A stretch of 64,000 nucleotides of DNA from Octopus vulgaris (taxonomy: Eukaryota), in assembly GCA_951406725.2 (NCBI GenBank), contig OX597825.1:80910001-80974000 (forward strand), in the 5' to 3' direction. The stretch's first letter is position 1. The number at the start of each line of letters is the position of its first letter. The position numbers and the translations under genes were made by a program. Of this stretch, positions 57,321 to 64,000 are shown one piece after another. A model generated the notes under the pieces. That model was not told the DNA's origin. It saw nothing but the letters and a program-made list of their open reading frames with translations, and searched no databases.

Positions 57321-57555
57321 AGAGAAATAACCTCTATTAAGCAATTCAATAGTGAAAGACGTTATCCATATTATTTAGAAAAAATTAAATATACTGTAAT
57401 AAATATTATTAAAAAAATCAATAAATTAATTATTTAATTTATTAATTAATTTATTGATTTTTTAAATAATATTTATTATAGTATAATTAAATTTTTTCTA
57501 TATAATATGGATAACGTCTTTCACTATTGAATTGCCTAATAGATGTTATTTCTCT
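57321..57555. repeat. ~235-bp AT-rich palindrome
   Basis: gcaattcaatagtgaaagacgttatccatatta mirrored by taatatggataacgtctttcactattgaattgc; pairing continues to a small central loop. Confidence 0.9.
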
Positions 57556-57660
57556 AAATTTTGTACATATATTATATATTGTGAAATTTGATTAAGAATT
57601 GCTAAATTGAATTTTCCCCTGTAAGCTTGGAAATTATATTCTCTACTATTATTATTACAT

Positions 57661-57713
<53 letters not shown>

Positions 57714-57907
57714 TATATACATATATATACATATAAAAATATATATAAAAATACAAAATGGGACAAGAACGCAAAACATTCAAATAGACGACACAAAAAA
57801 ATGGACGGGTCATTCGAAGCCTCTAATCTTCAGTCAAGAATCGGATCATCCTCGCAATTTCGGCTGATTAATCTTGAGATCGCTCCGATATATATATGTG
57901 TGTGTGT

Positions 57908-57971
<64 letters not shown>

Positions 57972-60900
57972 CATATATACATACATATGCACGTATATGT
58001 ATATATAGTCATATACGTGTGTAACTCTGTGTGTATATGTTTGTGCTTGTTTGTATTGCTGTGTTTGTGCGTGTATATCTATCTCACCGTCTGTTTATCC
58101 GTTGTTTGTGGGCGTTTGTCATTCATTGAAAGGGCAAAATATGCAGAAGTAATTAAATTCTTAATAAATTGAAATTCGCTGAAAGGGGTCGGTTTGTTGT
58201 TTGTTCACTGAAATTCGTTGTAGTTAATTTTACAAGCATGAGCTCTGTTATAACACTGAATTAATGAATGATTGCTATTTAATTCATCTGCACCGATATT
58301 AACGAAACAATAAACTTTACACAGATAACGGTTAATTACAAAGAAGAAAATCTGTTTTGATGTGAACCGGGCTTCTGGTTTTGAGAAGATACGAAACTGC
58401 AGTCATGAGTATTTCAAAAAATAGCTGCGAAATCTGCCTTAAATCGCATCCTCCTGAATGACACAGTCCTTGATACACTGTGTCTGAAATATGTGAAAAG
58501 ATAATGCTCACGATTGTAATGCTTTGTTCAGGACTAAACTACAACCACAAATTGCGTATTTGAAGGAAAATAAATAAGCGAATGCGTAATTGTGGCGTTA
58601 TGTTTCCCAAAGTACTTAAGGAGCATACCTGATGTGAACATGAATAGTCGGGAATCGAACATGTATCACAGTCTCAACACATCAGTAGTTTGCGATATCA
58701 CTCGCCCGGGAACCCTGGAGAATTAAACAAAACAAACAACATTGAAACCTTCGTTAAGTATGTCCCTTCTCGTAGGGATATGTTACCAACATCGAGAGGA
58801 TAAGGGCCCCAGCAGCCCTTCGGCTTAGCAGGGAAGGAAACTATATGAACAAGGGAGAGTATTTAGATGTGCAGTAATAGACCTTATATTCTCGGTATAA
58901 ATCTTAGTTGATTCTGTATCAAAGAATTGTTTGAAGAGAAGTAAAAAGACAAGACAGAATTTCCAAGATTCTAAAACTTAAAGAACGTAGAATTGTTGTA
59001 ACCGAAGTAGAAAAATAGAATTTGCAAGATTCAGAAAACTTTAGGAACAAAGATTTGTTGCAAGGGATGTTGAAACGAATGCACACCATACGTCACATTT
59101 GAGAGAGGAAAGAGAGGAAGGGAAGTATTCTTGAACATTCCAGAGAGGGGCATTTGAGAGGGAGAAGGGGAGAAAAAGGGGAAGGCTTCAGAAAACTGGA
59201 GTGTCTTGTTGAGGATTTAAAATTGCCCCAAATCTGTCTCAACCCCTTTAGGTGCCAACCAAAATGATCCACTTATTGAAGGTGTTGATGTATCCGATTA
59301 TTTGGCACGAATTAAACATTTGAACTGATAAAAACACTGGCTAGAACGGTTCTACAATACTCTAGTCTGTTTCTACAGATTAGAACAACAATCTGATCGG
59401 TTTATGTTGAGAGAAATTGATTGAACATGTTAATTACTTGTAGATCTAAATTCAAATTATAACGTAAACCATGAAAATCTTCCCTAATATTGTTGGGACC
59501 ATGTCAGAGACATTAGCTCCTTACTCCGCCATATTTCAGTACCAAAATAGACCCTTAAATTCCATCCCATATACATGACAATATATATGTCTATTGCATT
59601 CTAAATTATTCCAATTTTCACCCACATTTATTCATGTCTCAGACATTATGCCTCTTTATAAAAGCATGGTTTTTAATTTAGGCAAAAGTACTACAGTTTT
59701 AAGTAGAGAGCGTTTTGCCCAAATTCACTGAAGCCAGTACATGATTGTGACTTTATTGAGTTCGGTGGGATGAAAGGCAAAGTTGACCTCAACTGGATTT
59801 CAAAGTGAAAACCCGTAAGAAATACTGTAAGGCATTTTGTCCGGCATTTTAACAAATTTCTCAGTGTGTTACTCTATTATTATTTCTTATACAACAAACT
59901 CAGCGTCATTTTGAATTTCATTTCAATAAGATCTACGATGTCCGTATTGATAGTTGCGAGTTTACCATAAATCGCTTTCCTTTGCTCCAAAATATAATTG
60001 ATTTTACATCGATAAATGAATCAAATGTAGTCCATTCAGCCGTCACTTGCGAGCGAGCCTGGCTTCATAACAGTTACCATGTTTTCAATAACTGTTTTAA
60101 ATGTCTATATAGTCGTGAGCAGAGACAGACACATTTGGCCACCCCACATCCGACCTCGGCCACGCCACATTTGACCTAGAAACACATCCAGAACATGAAA
60201 GCTGGACGGTTACAGAGCTGCTGGTATTCGTTTACAACCAGTACGCTGGAGCGACGTGAAATCAAATACCTTGCTCAAGGCTACAAAGCGTCGCTCTGAT
60301 CAAATAATTGAACCCACGGTAATATGTCCGTTAGATAAATACTCTAATTACCGGACTACTCGCCATTAATTTTAAGTATCAACTACTTCTGTACACGAAA
60401 CAGATTTCGTTTCATGTCCAAGTCAGAAACTTGTTTCACCTTTATCGCTAACATCTATCGGGATGATTTAAACATTATATTAACTCGTACTTCTGCTTCA
60501 CCAAAGTAATTTTCTTCTACGCGGATTAAATTACAAGCGACCAAGCTGGACATAGACAACGAATTAAAATTTGATGCAAATATAGAATAAAATAAAGGTG
60601 ACTATATCTCTGTGTGCGTGGGTTTAAAATGGTTGTTATGTTACGACTTCCGTACAGCATTTCATATCAATTTGTTTGTCAAATAATTACATCAGCCAAC
60701 TTGCTATCCCATTACATAGGAAATACATCAATATAAAAGGTTGGACGATACAATTTCCACCATGTGTATCGCATCAATCCTTGTCACTGTCAACACATAA
60801 ACGTTGTTTTACGTATATCGTGGTCACAGTTTCAACTCTTCTTTTTCTTATTTTAAGAGGCTTCTGAGTGGTAGCTTTATCTGACGGAAATAGAAAGCAA

Positions 60901-61177
60901 ATCTCTTTCACATCATACATTTATAAAGGAATTAGACATTGGATAGTGTGGCCTTAGGTAGAGTATGTCTCAAAAAATAAATCTGACCTTAAAACACTTT
61001 TAATCCAAGTTTTAGTTAATCAAGTATGATCTGAGATTAAACTATAGAAGTAAGAGAAAATGCAAGGATAGGTATACAAATAAAAAAAATGTTCTATATT
61101 TAAAAGATGAGGAATTATATACATTATTTACATTATTTACATTTGACGGATATTTATCCTCATCTTGTTTGTTGTTA

Positions 61178-61221
61178 ACACAACGTTTCGGCTGATACAA
61201 CCTCCAGCCTTCATCAGGTGT
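61178..61221 (-). ncRNA. Minimal type I hammerhead ribozyme motif, canonical core
   Basis: Minus strand ACAC-CUGAUGA-A-GGCUG-(10 nt)-CAGCC-GAAA-CG-UU-GUGU: helix I 4 bp, helix II 5 bp, palindromic AACGUU in place of helix III. Confidence 0.8.
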
Positions 61222-61254
61222 CTTGGGAAAATTTCAAACCAGGGTTCTCAGGGT

Positions 61255-61935
61255 TTAGGTAGAAGGAGGGGAATTTGAGAGGGGGAAAGGGAGGAAGGGG
61301 TGGAAGGGAGGTAGAAATCTTCAGCATTTTAGAGAGGGGGAATTGAGAGATATAAGGGGATGAAGGGGAGGAAGGATTCTTGAGCATTCAAGAGAGGGTG
61401 ACCTGAGAGTGAGAGATGGATGAACATTCCAGAGAGGGCGATTTGAGAGGTGGAAGCGGAGGAAGGGGTGGCAGGTGTTGAAGGTTTCTTGAACATTCTC
61501 GCGAGGGGCATTTTTAAGAGGGGTGGGACGGAAGGGTTGAAAGGGGAGGAAGCGTTCTTTAACATTCCAGGGAGGTGCATTTGGTAGGGGAAAGTGGGGA
61601 GGTGTAGGAATTGGAGGAAGTGCTCTTGTTCATATTAATTAATAAATGAATGATAAAAAGGGATCTAAATTATGCGATCCTTTTTTTTAGTGTACAGGTA
61701 TCTTGGTCTAGGAAACTGTGCACCCTCCCACCCTTCCTCCCCTTTCCCCCTCAGTTTCCCCTCTCTGGAATGTGAAGATTTCTACCTCCCCATCCTCTCC
61801 TTCCCTCTCCCAATTCACCCTCTCTGTAATGTAGTGGATTTCTAACTCCCCTTCCTCTCCTTCCTCCCATTTCCCCCTCTCAATTCCCCCTCTTTGGAAT
61901 GTTGAAAATTTCTTCCTCCCTTCCTCCTCTTCACC
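61255..61935. repeat. G-rich ~60-bp degenerate minisatellite in two opposed blocks; further copy at 59095-59200
   Basis: aacattccagagaggg...atttgagagggg units on + at 61255-61625, inverted units at 61724-61935. Confidence 0.75.
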
Positions 61936-62848
61936 CTATAGTGCATTGTTTCCTATAGCCGAAACAACAGTAAGCTTTTGAAGGTTATGACGTAAATCTT
62001 TTCCAAGTGTTATTCATTTAATTACATGCATATATATATATATATATGCACACATATATACGTGTATACATACAAGCATGCATGCGTGTGCGTGTGTGTG
62101 TGTGTATGTGAGTGTACATATGCATCTATATACATAAGAGCTTTGTAGTTGCCTTCAAGAAAACATAAAGATGCAGAGAAATTTCTAATACGTAGACTTT
62201 GCGACTGGTCTGAAAGAAATCAACTTGTCACCGACAGAGGGTGTATGGTGATGAGGAAGACAAAAGGAGTGAAGATGAGTCTCGTTTTTTGTCTACACTT
62301 TTTATAGATTAATCAAAGAAAACGGAACGTTGTCCTTGACCATTCCAAGCTGTCCTAGGATGCTGAGATCGATGCGGTTAATGTTCAGAATGCACATCAA
62401 TAGGTTGTCAAAAACGGAAACATTGAGAGATGGAGTTCCAGAGTGTAGGAAGGATTAAGCGAAGGGATTAGTGCGAGATGTTAGGTGATGCATTGTGGGA
62501 ATTGCAGAATAAGGAGACAGACGTATCAGGCGAGGAAATGGCTTTAGTAGAACAGGAAGAATCGAACTTTGACCACGGGCTCAATTTTTCAGGAAATTAC
62601 TTTTAATCTTCCAGCGCTGCTTAAACATAAATATAAATAGGTTTTTATTTACATTATTTACATTATTTACATTTGACGGATATTTTTCCTCTGTATTTTT
62701 CTTCTGACTCATATAAAAATTTGGAGTGGAGGGCACCAGTGGATTGGCAGCTCTTCACTGCTGGAGGTCAGTAATATTGTGCATTGCAAGTATAAGTATA
62801 ACGAGTTCCAACAACTAGTTAATGGTACTGCTATACTAAACAGATATC

Positions 62849-62994
<146 letters not shown>

Positions 62995-63431
62995 CTCACT
63001 CACACACACACACACACACACACACAAACACTCACTCACACACACACACACACACACACAAACACTCACTCACACACGCGCGGAAATACAATTACACGTG
63101 TTAAACTACGCAAGAAAAAATTCTTCAAAGATAATCTGTTAATTCAATATGGCGTAGTCTGCCTCGCTGTGGAAATAGAAACAGACGACTTGAAGTGCCT
63201 GTTTCATAGTCTTCGATGGACAACGGACAAGTAGATAGCTATAAAGAATATACACAGAGGGATAAATAGGTAGACAGAGAGATAAGTGGACAGAAAGATG
63301 GCGATGAGCGTGTGAGCTTGTGTTTGTATGTATATATGTGTGCGTGCGTTTGGGTGTGTATATGTGCATATACAGAAGGAAGGAGGGAGGAAAAAAGAAG
63401 GAAAGAAAGTTACACAATATATATTTTGTAG

Positions 63432-64000
63432 AAGGCGGCGAGCTGGCAGAAAGGTTAGCACGTCGGGCGAAATGCTGAGCGGTATTTCGTCTGCCGCTAC
63501 GTCCTGAGTTCAAATTCCGCCGAGGTCGACTTTGCCTTTCATCCTTTCGGGGTCGATAAATTAAGTACCAGTTGCGCACTGGTTTCGATGTGCTCGACTT
63601 AATCTGTTTGTCTGTCCTTGTTTGTCCCCTCTGTGTTTAGTCCCTTGTGGGTAGTAAAGAAATAGATATTTCGTCTGTCGCTACGTTTTGAGTTCAAATT
63701 CCGCTGAGATCGACTTTGCCTTTCATCCTTTCGGGGTCGATAAATAAAGTACCAGTTACGCACTGGGGTCGATATAATCGACTTAATCTGTTTGTCTGTC
63801 CTTGTTTGTCCTCTCTGTGTTTAGTCCCTTGTGGGTAGTAAAGAAATAGGTATTTCGTCTGTCACTACGTTTTGAGTTCAAATTCCGCTGAGATCGACTT
63901 TGCCTTTCATCGTATCGGGGTCGATAAATTAAGTACCAGTTGCATAGTGTGGTCGATGTAATCGACTGGTCCCTCCCCCAAAATCTCGGGCTTTGTGCCT
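63432..64000 (+). mobile_element. SINE family B, head plus three tandem 184-bp bodies
   Basis: tatttcgtctg units start at 63481, 63665 and 63849. Confidence 0.92.

Larger units (their letters stand above)
61100..62691 (-). mobile_element. Possible decayed Penelope-like element
   Basis: Hammerhead-bearing terminal segment 61100-61250, partial direct repeat of it at 62647-62691, and weak HLHSF..LPH / SLCF.LE-like translations at 62150-62330. Confidence 0.4.

Noticed and set aside
57810-57840. Minus-strand CTGAAGA...GAAT as a hammerhead
   Set aside because: GAAA is absent and helix II is unconvincing.
63481-64000. CRISPR-like periodicity (also 41505-41880)
   Set aside because: Whole units are repeated with no unique spacers, no cas genes, and the context is eukaryotic.

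Overview
AT-rich eukaryotic repeat-dense DNA with no supportable host protein-coding exon; most ORFs in the track are microsatellite artefacts. The repeat content is consistent with a cephalopod (Octopus-like) intergenic or intronic region, which is an inference. The dominant feature is a near-intact ~5.2 kb non-LTR retrotransposon (47540-52762). It encodes an RT plus CCHC zinc knuckle plus restriction-like endonuclease (R4/Dong-like) and sits inside a (TAA)n array. The window also holds a decayed R4-like element, two HERO-like remnants, two RTE 3' ends, a CR1 3' end, Tc1/mariner fragments, a non-autonomous Helitron and over 20 copies of at least five tRNA-derived SINE families, several with clear target-site duplications. 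The most unusual signal is a set of about ten short, mostly unrelated non-coding modules, often within or beside (TA)n tracts. They carry minimal hammerhead-ribozyme motifs: one fully canonical at 61178-61221 and the rest degenerate. Several sit in the loop of a long inverted repeat. They are probably Penelope-derived. All calls were made by eye and none was verified by database search or folding software.
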